NCBI RefSeq assembly: GCF_048593235.1
Contig: NC_133617.1
Location: 422,820,958 to 422,884,957, forward strand
Direction of reading: 5' to 3'
Source of the DNA: Sminthopsis crassicaudata
Lineage: Eukaryota
DNA length: 64,000 nt
This document shows, piece by piece, positions 11,791-22,004 of this stretch. Position 1 is the first letter of the stretch; each line of letters begins with the position of its first letter. The notes below the pieces were generated by a model. It worked only from the letters and a program-made list of their open reading frames with translations. It did not search any database and had not been told where the DNA came from. Both the position numbers and the translations under genes were made by a program.

Positions 11791-12293
11791 GTAAATATGG
11801 CCACAGCCTTCCTTCCAGATCCCCACCTCACCCCTGCCAGCTGACACTCTGATCTGTTTTTGTCCTTCCTCACTTACTCTCACCTACTTGGGTCAGTGTG
11901 GTTGGTGTCTCCAAGCCACCTGGGTGATGTAGTCCTAATTCTCACTGCTCCAAACCTCTTCTACTCCCCTGCCAAGGTCCCAGTTGACATCTTTTCTCCT
12001 GCCCCTCAGGAACTGTCCTGGTGCTGATGCTCCTTGTCCTCCTGCACTGCTGCTGCTGCACCTCCTCCAGCCCCCCAAAGGTATACCACCTCTATCCCTG
12101 AAGCCCCTTCAGTGGAAGGCAGATTCCAGCTTAGCTCCTTTCCCATCTCCCTTTCATAGGCTCAGGGACTGTCCTAGTCACATTGGGTCTCTTTTGGAGT
12201 AGAATGCTTAAACCACACTGTCTTTTTATAAAACTCTTCTCTTTCTTGCAGAGAAGACCCAAAGGAGTAGACAACTTGGCCTTGGAGCCATAG
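11655..12293 (+). CDS. SMIM22: Small integral membrane protein 22 (CASIMO1), 82 aa, 3 coding exons
   Basis: Exons 11655-11790, 12010-12080 and 12252-12293 give MALSTRDVESELQETVQELLGRLKSHNLFQSEWDIAAFAVFFTFVGTVLVLMLLVLLHCCCCTSSSPPKRRPKGVDNLALEP*. It has a TM segment, a CCCC motif and the C-terminal GVDNLALEP recalled from human SMIM22. Confidence 0.93.
12010..12080 (+). CDS. SMIM22: SMIM22 coding exon 2
   Basis: CCTCAG acceptor; TVLVLMLLVLLHCCCCTSSSPPK; donor AAG|GTATAC. Confidence 0.9.
12252..12293 (+). CDS. SMIM22: SMIM22 last coding exon
   Basis: RRPKGVDNLALEP-TAG. Confidence 0.92.
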   Translation, partial: RRPKGVDNLALEP

Positions 12294-12380
12294 TCCAGCG
12301 CCACTCACCAGACAGCTTTGGATTTGGACTGCTTGAAATCAGGACCAGCACCAGCTCTCCCATAGCCCATACGTTGAAAC

Positions 12381-12386
12381 ATTAAA
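12381..12386 (+). terminator. SMIM22 poly(A) signal ATTAAA
   Basis: First canonical-variant hexamer, about 90 nt after the stop codon. Confidence 0.65.
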
Positions 12387-12727
12387 AGTCACATTGCATC
12401 TCCCTGAAGCTTCTCTCTAGCAATCTAGTCTCCTCCCACCTTCCTTCTCCATCCCCATGTAAACACAATAAGGTTTGCTCTTGTTGCATTCCCATCCCCC
12501 CTAGATACACAGCAGTCTGCCTTTGCCCAGGAACACTACAACAGCAAGCCAGGCCACTGGAGAAAAGACAGAGCAAACCAAACAAAACACAATTTTTGTC
12601 TCAGGGGTGTTTACCCATTTCCCCCAGACACACTCACACACAACCCATCTTTGCAAAGGAACATCAACCTCCAAGTCCTCCCCATCCCCCAAGACAGACA
12701 CAGGCAGAAAGGATTGGGTCTTGACTT

Positions 12728-12733
12728 TTTATT
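12728..12733 (-). terminator. ROGDI distal poly(A) signal AATAAA
   Basis: TTTATT on the plus strand, followed on the minus strand by GT-rich sequence (about 12620-12660). Confidence 0.6.
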
Positions 12734-13328
12734 TCTTAGTGGGTGACTGATACCTTTACAGTACAACATTGGCAGTCACAAGCACTGTCCCCACTCTTCC
12801 TTCTTCCCCGCCATGGTCCCAGCTTGCAGTGCTGTCCCCACGGGTGTAGTTTCTCAGAGGAAGGTCTGGTGTTAAGGAGAAGGGAGCAGAAGTGGAGCCC
12901 TTCTGCCTGTGCTCCACCTTCCCTTTGGGTCCAAGGGTCATCAATACCCCAGGAAGCTGGGGCTAGGAATGAAGGGCTGGCCCTTTGGCTTCAGTTCAGC
13001 CTCAACCTTTGGATTTCTATTTTCACAATGTGTGTCCTCAGTCTCTGGTAGCCCAGTGCTTCCGAGCAATGGCCTCCATCACCCAAGGCAACTCTACCTG
13101 AAGAGTCCCCTTCAGCTTCTAGTCTGGCCTCAGAGCCACTTCTCTAGTATTCATTATCATTCATGCAACTCTAACAGGCAGAGAAGGCATCTCAAAGCTT
13201 GGGGACCAGGAGAGAAATAAATAATGCACTTTGCCCATGCAGAACCAGCTGCATGCTGCACCTTGTCTCTACTGTATCCTCCAGGAATTCACTCCTGGGG
13301 GGTGGCTCAGCCTTGGCTAGGCACCTCC

Positions 13329-13334
13329 TTTATT
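13329..13334 (-). terminator. ROGDI proximal poly(A) signal AATAAA
   Basis: TTTATT on the plus strand, about 30 nt after the stop codon. Confidence 0.5.
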
Positions 13335-13363
13335 GGGAAAAATTGGTCAGAGGCTTCTCTTGG

Positions 13364-13405
13364 TCAGAAGGGCCTGTAGCTCCAGTAGCTGGAGAAGACT
13401 GAGAT
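13364..13405 (-). CDS. ROGDI: ROGDI exon 11 CDS (42 nt)
   Basis: [16 protein letters not shown]. Confidence 0.95.
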   Translation of the reverse strand: MSVFSSYWSYRPF

Positions 13406-16400
13406 CTGGGGACAGAGTAGAGCAATGTCAGGAGTAGCCCTCTCTGCTTCATCTCCCCACCCCACCCCCTAACCCTGCCATTACTGTCCTCCCCTTTCAC
13501 AAGCTTCTAATTGCCTTCCTGACAGAGTCCCCAAAGCAGCTTGAGCACCTGCAGCCTAAAATCTTAGTTCTGTTTTAACGTGGTATATCCTTGGCTTGGA
13601 TCTGTCAGGACCCTCACATTAGGGTGTGCTGTACATGGATGAATTCTTCTTTGGTTCTAGCTATCCCCCTACAAAGGCCTTTGAAAGTTCCTGCCTCCAA
13701 AACTACCAACCCTGGCTGCCCACCTTGTCCTTGAGCTGCTGGCAGAGCTGCAGGGAGACAGTGAAGAAGACGAGAGCATCATTGAGCCAGGGAACCACAC
13801 ACTCGACCTTGTGTACGTGACTCACCTCCAGTCGCTGGGAACCCCACTCACTGCAGTCAACACAGGGAGGGAGGAGTGGGAAAGGTGATGGGCAACTCTA
13901 GGAATGGGCAAAAGAAAGGGAGGTCCCAAGCTGGGACCCTGTGACAAAGGGCTACTCCTAAAGTAAATGGGGAGAGGTCAAGGTCTGGGGACACATGCTC
14001 CTTCCATTCATTGCCTCAAAGTGAGTACTTACAACATGGCTCCTGGGCTGTGAAGTACAGCACCCCCCGCGGGGCGGAAGTTCTAAACAAAGCAGCAGAC
14101 ATAATGAGGTTAGTGCCAGGGTGCAACACCCCAGCATGCAGCAGCACCTATGCCCAGCCCTCTCAGGTAATTGTGGGATTTATCTTGATGAAAGCAAAGG
14201 CAGGGTTTAGCTTTTAGGGTCCAAGGGTGAGCCCAGAGCTGCCTGGGCAGTGGCAGGGGAGTGGTATCTTGGCGAGCTCATTACCTTGGTGGAGCTGGGC
14301 TGCAGTGTATGTAGCTGGTACACAGTCAGGCAGAGCTTATTGAGATTGATGTAAAAATTCACTAGAAGGTCTGCAGGCAAAGCAGGAGCAAACATCCTCT
14401 GTAGGAAGTGTGGATGCAGCCTCTGGTTAGACCAGCCACTCAAAATGGCAGAAGTCAGAATCAGGGGGCAGGAAGAAGGAGTAAGAATGGCCCACCCTTC
14501 GGATGGCAGTCTATCTCCCACCCTACCTTTCTTCTGCCCATCCCAACCTCCAAGTAGAATACAAGGTCTTTGCATTAAAGTTAAAGTTGTCTCCCTGAAA
14601 CTCTGCTATTGAGAAAGGGCTATGTATGACCCAGGTGGACTCCAGGTCTGTTCCTCTATATAGCAGGGATTCTTAACAAGACTCTGTGCTGTTGAAGCCT
14701 TCTCAGAACAATGTTTTAACAAACATTTAAAAAAATAGGATGTAACAAACATACTGAAATAAGTCATGAAAACGTGAACGATGACTAAAAGAACAACATT
14801 CCAATCCCCAAACAAAACCAAGGCCCAAATCCAAGGTTAAGAATCCCTGAACCAGAGAATGGGAAAAACACACAGAAGAGAGAAAGGCAAAAGAAATGAG
14901 GGTTACTGATCTGTCTTCTGCAGGTCCATTTGATGGGCTATCCCATTACTCTTTTAGCCACTCTTTACCTGGAAATGATGGGGATGGGACCTCTAACCCG
15001 AATGAATCACATAAAACTGCAAGTGTGTTCCGGGCACTGACCGTCAGGCCACTGGAGGCGATCTCAGGCAGGGTGAGGGTAGCTGGAGTGGTAAGCCGAT
15101 TTCGTGCTCGGGTTAGCTGCAGCATAACTGCATCCATTAGCTGAGGACAGACATAATTGTCATAGCAGCTCCCAGGGGAGAACTGGTCAGAACCCCAAAC
15201 TCCAGAAATGCCTGTTTCTCAAATGGGAAGGTGGGGTAAGGGCCAACAGCTTCAGAGTCAAGTCAAGCTTCAGAGATCAGGAAAGCTCTGAACAAAGTCT
15301 ACAGTTATTCCTGTGACTGGGAGGACAAAGGTTCCTCTGAAGGTGCTTAAGAGACATGACTTTTCTCTGAAGCCAGTGGGTGAGTACTGCCTCTCTCATG
15401 CAGAAGCTGCCAGCAAGAACTGGGGGTTTTGGGGGATAGGATGAACTGCTTTTCTCTTGAGATGGTAACAGCTTTAATTGTCATAATATGTGGACAGTAA
15501 AAGTCAATGAATATTGAGGAGATATACTTAAATATAAGAATTAAATAGTAATAGCCCACAATACTTTCACTCAATAACTTATTTTCCACTCGTTGTTCTT
15601 CATTGATCGAATCTGGATTTCAGAGATTCAAATTTCTACTCTCTATTGTTGCCATGAAAACATTCAGGAAGCAAAGATCTGAAGGCTTTCAGAGTTACAG
15701 GATTTGTCAAGAGTATGGAGAGAATTATAAGACAGACAGCCTTTTTAGGATGGAGGGAATTGAGGTATAAAATGGAAGCCACCACCAAATAAGCATTCTT
15801 CCCTTCAGAATCTTTTTCCCAGACTCAGTCTTTGTGCTCACCTTGAGGACCTCAGCTCCTGTCTTGAACTGGTAGCTCTCATCCCGGTTGGCAAGAAGAT
15901 AAATTGCTTGGCTCACATGATTCCTGGCATCTTGAATCTGAAGACACAAAATCCACAGCAGCCACCGGGTATGGATTGGGTGGGGGTGGGAGGAGGAATA
16001 CTCTATTAGATGGCTTCCCAGTTAATTTATCATTAGTCAGAACTAAGAGTCAACTTAAAAGGCCTCTAGGTGACATGAACCACTTATACACATACATACA
16101 TACATACATAAATTCCCCTTTGTGTGCAGAATTTATGTGTGTGTGTGCATGAGGAGAGTTTGGGGGAAACTCGTGTTTTCCAAACATGCATGCTCAACAC
16201 TTACTCCCGAACTAAGACACTGGTGATGGAGGAATACCAGTCACAGAATCCATGGGATTGGAGAATCTAACTCTTAAGCTCTGTGTCAAGGAGACAATCA
16301 TCCCAGGCCAACACTTTATTGACTAGTGACAACTGAATATTACTGCACAGACAGGGAGAGAATTACCTGTTGCAGTTTCCACTGCTTGTCTTCTCGGAAC

Positions 16401-19187
16401 GCAAAGTGTAACAGCTGGTTATTTCTGGGCATTTTCAGATTTACATCCTGAGAAACAACAAAGAGTAGCAGCAGATCAAATGGGAGATGCTTGAATTGTC
16501 TATGCCAGGTCTACTATGTGTCTTATTTCTTTCTTCCATAAAAACACAAGCAGTAAGAGCATTAGACTATCACTAGGGGTTCAGGAGCAGTCAGGACCCA
16601 CCACATTCATTATGGGGTTGGATGTTTTTATGGAAACCTGAGATCTTATGGAATGATGCTGGATCCAGACTCCAGCCCAAGAAGAAGGGAGATTGGGAGG
16701 TGAGGAGACACAAGAGATGGGAAAGCTCTTCTACTTGATTTGGTGATAGTAATCTTGGGAAGAATGCAGCAAACAGCGAGACTGTAAGTTTCCTGAGGGC
16801 AAAGACTGTACCCCACATCACTTTAGGCCTCTATCCACTTGCCTTAACAAAAACTCTTATCATTAGGGTAAACAGTAAGTACTCAAGGAATTCTTGTTGA
16901 TACTATTGAGAAAAGTGAGAAGGAAAACAAAGTCAAATACATGGGTAGCAGTAATAAAAAATCTGTCCCTACCAAGAAAACAGTAGAACCAAAAAGTTCG
17001 TTCTCAGGATCTAGCAGCAAGAAAAGGCTTTCTGCTATTACATACCAGCTTCCAGGTATCTATTCCATTTAAGAAGCTTTATTCAATGCCACCTGTGCAT
17101 AAGGCCCTATATTAGGATGCTGCCCTCAAGAAGCTTAACATCTAGCAAATGGGGAAAGGAAAAAATATGCAAATGAAGATCACATGTAAGAGGTATAAAA
17201 TGCTATGGAATTTTAGAAGGTCATGGTGAAGGGATCTAGGAAAGGCTTCATAGAGATGGTGGGAATTGAGCTAGCAGGCAAAGATGGGAGGAGGATATTA
17301 TAATTTGAAAACATACAAACAAAAGGAAAAAGGTGGGAAAGGCCAGGGTCTTCCCCTTAAAGACTCACCGCTTGGCTCAGTGCGTCCCCTTGCAGAGTCA
17401 ACACACCCTTCACCTGGTCTGTGCTGTAACACATGACTGTCAGGGCAAAGCCTGTTCCCTCTTCAAGCCCAGAGACACTTCCCTCTACTTTAGTGTAACC
17501 CTTGACCTTCCCTCAGTCTCAACTCACCTCCCCACCCCAGATCTTCCGATAGATACCCTCATGATTTGTGAAGAGATACCAGAGACTTTAGTACCTCTGG
17601 CAGCAATGAAGTACTTAGGAGGACATACTTAGGGTTTTAGCCTAAACAAAAAAACTTCTTTGTATCTTATATGAACATCAAAGCTGCCAACATTTAAGAT
17701 GAGATTAGATAACAAAGATGTCCAGTCTGGGTTATTCTCTATCATTGTCCCTCACTCTTTTACTCCTACTTTATGTCCAAGACTAGGAGATGGCGCATAA
17801 GGCCCCTCTGCATTAACTCTGTACTAGTGCAGACCTTAAACCTTGGAGATGGCATGTTTCTTGGAGTTAAGCAAATGTCTTCCCCAGACTTACGCGGAGC
17901 TGCCCAGGATGAAGTTCTCTTGCTTGGCTGGTCCTTCTGTTCCTGTCCCAGGCAGAGTGAATCGGTAAGAGGCTTCCTGTTGTGCATTAGGAGAGAGGAG
18001 TGGTAAATTAAGAAAAGGATTAAAGTTCGTATCACCACATAGAGGCCAGTTCTAAGTCAACTGCAAGGGGAAGCTAAGAAGATAAAACTTCCTCCTCAAA
18101 TCCGGCAGCAGAGACAGCAGTTAATCAACAGGCAGAATCAGCCCCAAGGCCGCTGTCACAGCCAGAGGTCCGTTCCAGTCTTTCCCTGGGGAGGGATTGC
18201 CACAGTTTCAGGGTGCAGAAGTCTCCCACAACGTCCAGGATCTCCCTGGGGGTCAATGAAGAGCACCCGTGGATTTGGTTTTGGAAGGAGGCAGTGAAGT
18301 TGCCGTGGGGCTGGAATCAGAAAGATCTGAATAAAATATGCACTCAAGACTATGGTTGGGTATTCTCTGCCTCAATACCATCAACTGTAAAATGGGGATA
18401 ATAACAGCGCCTAGTACAAAGCCGGGTACAAAGGGAACGTGGGGCTGCTTGCTTTGATGCCTGAGCGTGGCGGCCCTTCAGTGCTTATTCCCCCGGGGCC
18501 CAGGTCCGTTTCCGAGAGAGGCTAGGAGAGACTGACTCGATTACGGTCACACAAGACGTCACGCGGGCTTCAGGACCTGAACCCCTGACATCTAAATACA
18601 AATCGAACCCTTTTCCAGGGAAGGATTTCTGCTGGACACCACATAGGCCACCTAGGAGGTGTCCAGAGAGGGCGATTCACCTTCCCTGCTCCCTGCCGCA
18701 CTCATCAGCGTCACGGGGGTGGAGGGGCGTGCAGGGGAGCACTGGGGGGGTAAGGATGAGGGGGAAAGAGGCGCAGGGGAGGGGCAGAGGAAGGTTACCT
18801 TGAGAATGTCCTGCAGTTGGCGCAGCACGGCGTGAACCTCATCGTGCAGCAACCATCGGAACTCTTCCTCCTGTCCAAGGGGAGGAGGAGGAGATAAGCG
18901 ACGCCCCCAGCCCGGTCCCGAAGGGGCACTGGAGGGGGGAGTGTTCCAGGCTCCAGCGCTCTCAAGTGCGGAAGTGGGGAAACAGGCCCTTGGCTAGGCA
19001 GGCCCCTCCGACTTAGATTCGCGCGGCAGCCCGAGCTCTGGGGGTGGCAGGCCCACCCGGCCCCGGGTCCCAGCTGGGCTCGCGAGGACAGGCATCTGTG
19101 TGGTGGGAGTGTGCGGGAGCGGAGCCTGCCCGGTAGACTCACCAGAACTGCCCGCTCAGCCGCCGTCGCAGCCATTGTAGTCGCCAT
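13364..19187 (-). CDS. ROGDI: Protein rogdi homolog, 287 aa, 11 exons, complete
   Basis: Exons total 864 nt, open with no internal stop, from [27 protein letters not shown] to [13 protein letters not shown]. Same length and near-identical to human ROGDI as recalled. Confidence 0.97.
13724..13850 (-). CDS. ROGDI: ROGDI exon 10 (127 nt)
   Basis: [42 protein letters not shown]. Confidence 0.95.
14033..14082 (-). CDS. ROGDI: ROGDI exon 9 (50 nt)
   Basis: [16 protein letters not shown]. Confidence 0.95.
14285..14398 (-). CDS. ROGDI: ROGDI exon 8 (114 nt)
   Basis: [38 protein letters not shown]. Confidence 0.95.
15042..15140 (-). CDS. ROGDI: ROGDI exon 7 (99 nt)
   Basis: [33 protein letters not shown]. 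Confidence 0.95.
15842..15937 (-). CDS. ROGDI: ROGDI exon 6 (96 nt)
   Basis: [32 protein letters not shown]. Confidence 0.95.
16367..16447 (-). CDS. ROGDI: ROGDI exon 5 (81 nt)
   Basis: [27 protein letters not shown]. Confidence 0.95.
17369..17423 (-). CDS. ROGDI: ROGDI exon 4 (55 nt)
   Basis: [18 protein letters not shown]. Confidence 0.95.
17894..17976 (-). CDS. ROGDI: ROGDI exon 3 (83 nt)
   Basis: [27 protein letters not shown]. Confidence 0.95.
18799..18870 (-). CDS. ROGDI: ROGDI exon 2 (72 nt)
   Basis: [24 protein letters not shown]. Confidence 0.95.
19143..19187 (-). CDS. ROGDI: ROGDI exon 1 CDS (45 nt)
   Basis: [15 protein letters not shown]|GTGAGT. Confidence 0.95.
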
Positions 19188-19723
19188 CACAGATAGCACC
19201 AAAGCGTAGCTCTGTGCCGCCGCCACCGCCACCACCGCCGGCCTTCACTCCAGCCCTCGGACCGACGCGAACGCCACGCCCCGCCTCCCACGCCACAGCC
19301 AATAGACCGACAGGCTCCTGTGAACGGATAGGATGTCTCTGAAGCTCGGCCTTCGCTCTGATAGGTAGTGAAGACTGCCGACTCACAACTTAATTGGTTT
19401 GTCTCTTGCCTCCTCCCTATTTGGTTGAACTCGAGCAGACTGAACTCCACCCACTCTTCTCCAGTGTTGATAGGCTTTTCCTAAATTTCCTGGCTTATAC
19501 CCTAAACTCTTCTGGAGAGAGAAGCCTTATCTTTTCTCCAGCCTTCCGGTTGCTCCAATTGGACACCCCACTTCCATTCTACTCACCAATTGGTTGACAA
19601 GCGGAAATGGATTAAAAACGTTTAGCGAAATATGGCCGGCAGGACCCTCCATCCCTTCAAGCCCTCCCACTTTATTATAAAACTCTGGATGCACACCAAC
19701 ACATGATTTTTACCAAGAAAGGT

Positions 19724-19729
19724 TTTATT
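19724..19729 (-). terminator. GLYR1 poly(A) signal AATAAA (3' UTR about 2.2 kb)
   Basis: TTTATT on the plus strand, at the end of an AT-rich UTR tail and just before the ROGDI promoter. Confidence 0.7.
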
Positions 19730-21929
19730 TTCTTGCAGTAGCTTTGTTAATTGCACAAAATCATTTTATTTTGCCATTTAAACATTATCACACAATCCTA
19801 TTCTGAATGACAAACGTTAATTAAAAACAAAGCAAAAATAAAAATTCACAACCTTAATTACCTAGAGGGTTTGTCATTGAAAGGGGAAAAAGGAAAACTG
19901 CTTTTCTTACAGGCTTTTCACAAATGTCACATTTTCTCTTTTTTAAAAAGGAGTCAAAAACAAAAGCGAAATAGCTAAAACAAAGTCATAAAAGGAACTT
20001 TACAGAATTGTCAACAATATTAAGACAACACTGACTAGCCAGTTTCATTACAGCATCTCCCAGATCCAGAGCTTCTCCCTTCCCCTCCCCCCCACCCTTT
20101 AGCCCCTCCCAATATCCTGGCCAGGTACAGATCTGGCATGTTCAGAGACAGATATAAGGACAGTAGTGCCAGTGAAACAAACATCTGGACCAGAATTTGA
20201 TATCGAATTTTCCCTGTGTCCCCTCTCTTCTTCCACAAGGTTTCATTTCTCAAACCTAGGCTGTAAGAGATAAAGGGGAAAGAGGGACAAACCTCCAGAT
20301 GCTGGAAAAAAAAATAAAAAGCCAAACTACACCCATAGAGCTGTCACTGAATCCTTCCCCTTCCCCTCCAATGAAAATCGATCTTAAGTTGTATGTGACT
20401 TCAGAAAAGCACCCCACGTAAAGGGGAATTACAGGATTACAGGGATGACAGCCTCTTTGTTCCTATGTACCATTTCAGTCCCATGTGGGTACCCTCCCCA
20501 AAGAGAACACAGGGATCTCCAAGATGGATATGGGTTTACCTTTCCAGTCTGTCAGGACCCATCTCAGGCAAAGTCTTCTTTTTCCCCAGACAGAGGACCT
20601 TGTGGCCCCAGAGGCACAAAGAACATGATGCTGGCTGGAGTGCAATTACTCATTCCTTTACTAAGAACTGATCCCATGATTGGTCAGTGTTGGTTACCCA
20701 GGGCAGGGGAATCTAGATCTGCATCAAAGCAGGTAAAAAGATACCCACTGTCTCTTCAAAGGCAGGGGTTGCAAGGAAGAAAAAGGTGGCATGCACAATG
20801 GGGTTCTCTTGTATGGACACATATGGAAGGGTCTAAAGGGGATGATCAGAGGACTCCACAAGGAGTAAGAAGAGCATGTGACATAACGGAAACAGAAAGG
20901 AGTCATTCTTCCACACACACACACCTCACTGCTCTCTTGTTGGTGTGCTCACTGCCTTCCCCATTGCCTACGCCTGCTGCCCCCACCTAGGTTGGAGTGC
21001 AAATCCAAACACTAAGGTTAGCCATGGCTAATACCATCTACACTGGATAAACCCCTTCCAGTATTCTCACAAGGGCCAGGGATTCCAATTTCAGCTGGGG
21101 CCTTAGCAGATGGTAGATACTGGGATGGGATGGTGATGGTAGGGTGGGCCTGTTCTTCACTCAACCTGCAATTTTCCCAGTTTACAAAACCACATAAAGA
21201 GGAATTAGTTTACTAGAAGTTCTCTTTTCAGAATGTTGGGGCTTAAACACCTAAATGCTCTCCAACTGGTTGCTTGTAGCCTGTGGTACTGCAGGCCCCT
21301 TTCTGGAGTCTGTGCCACCTCACTGTCCTCTTCCCTGGGGGAATATGCTGACAGGGGAGACCCAGGTGGCCTCCCAATGGAGCAGCCTGCTATTTCCATG
21401 GAATTCAGGGTGGGATCAAAAGGAAGAAGAGCCAATCCCAAGAGTTTTGAGAAACTCAGACTTCACAACTAGGACACTATAGAAGCTGCTTCTTACAACC
21501 CCAGTGAACAAAGGGGAAGAGGGCACTATATGTACTCTGGCCCCCTTTTCTAGGAGAAAATCAGACTCTGACAAACTCAGGAAGGAGAAAGAAGCCAAGC
21601 AGATTCTGGCAGCATCGCTTCTGGGGGTCAAAGGGGGTAAGAGGGCGGGGCCTGTTTGAACATAGCCACCGTTCTGATCCAGGCAGCAAGTGCACAGCAG
21701 GGCTGCTCATCAGTTTTCCATAATCTAACATCACTTTTTCCAACCCCCTCCCCCCTTTTCCCTGAGCCCCCAGGAGAGGCCTGATGCTGCAGCTGCACTC
21801 ATGGCAAATCTTTTCAAAGTCTGTGTATAAAAGGAAACGTAGAGACAGATGGACTGGTCCAGAGTTAAGTCCCAGGACCCTGACCCCATGTGAGGAATGG
21901 GGATTAGCAGGAAGATAGGGCCTCAGGGC

Positions 21930-22004
21930 TTAGTGTATATAGGCTCGGTACACAGCAGACATGTCATTGTCAGACTGGTCCAGTGCCTTGGCTCGTTTAT
22001 ATAC
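21930..22004 (-). CDS. GLYR1: GLYR1 exon 16 CDS (75 nt)
   Basis: [27 protein letters not shown]. Confidence 0.95.
   Translation of the reverse strand, partial: VYKRAKALDQSDNDMSAVYRAYIH

Larger units (their letters stand above)
18420..19620 (-). promoter_or_regulatory. ROGDI CpG island and TATA-less promoter (GC boxes, CCAAT boxes, ETS-like sites)
   Basis: CpG-dense from 18420 to 19350. GC box near 19280; CCAAT/ATTGG at 19299, 19393, 19555 and 19586. Confidence 0.8.

Noticed and set aside
19188-19235. 16-codon in-frame extension upstream of the ROGDI ATG (GTG start)
   Set aside because: There is no ATG, and the two in-frame ATGs (M1, M5) with good Kozak context match the human N-terminus as recalled.
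20445-20990. 181-aa plus-strand ORF
   Set aside because: It is antisense to the GLYR1 3' UTR, has no splice or promoter support and no recognisable homology, and is compatible with chance.
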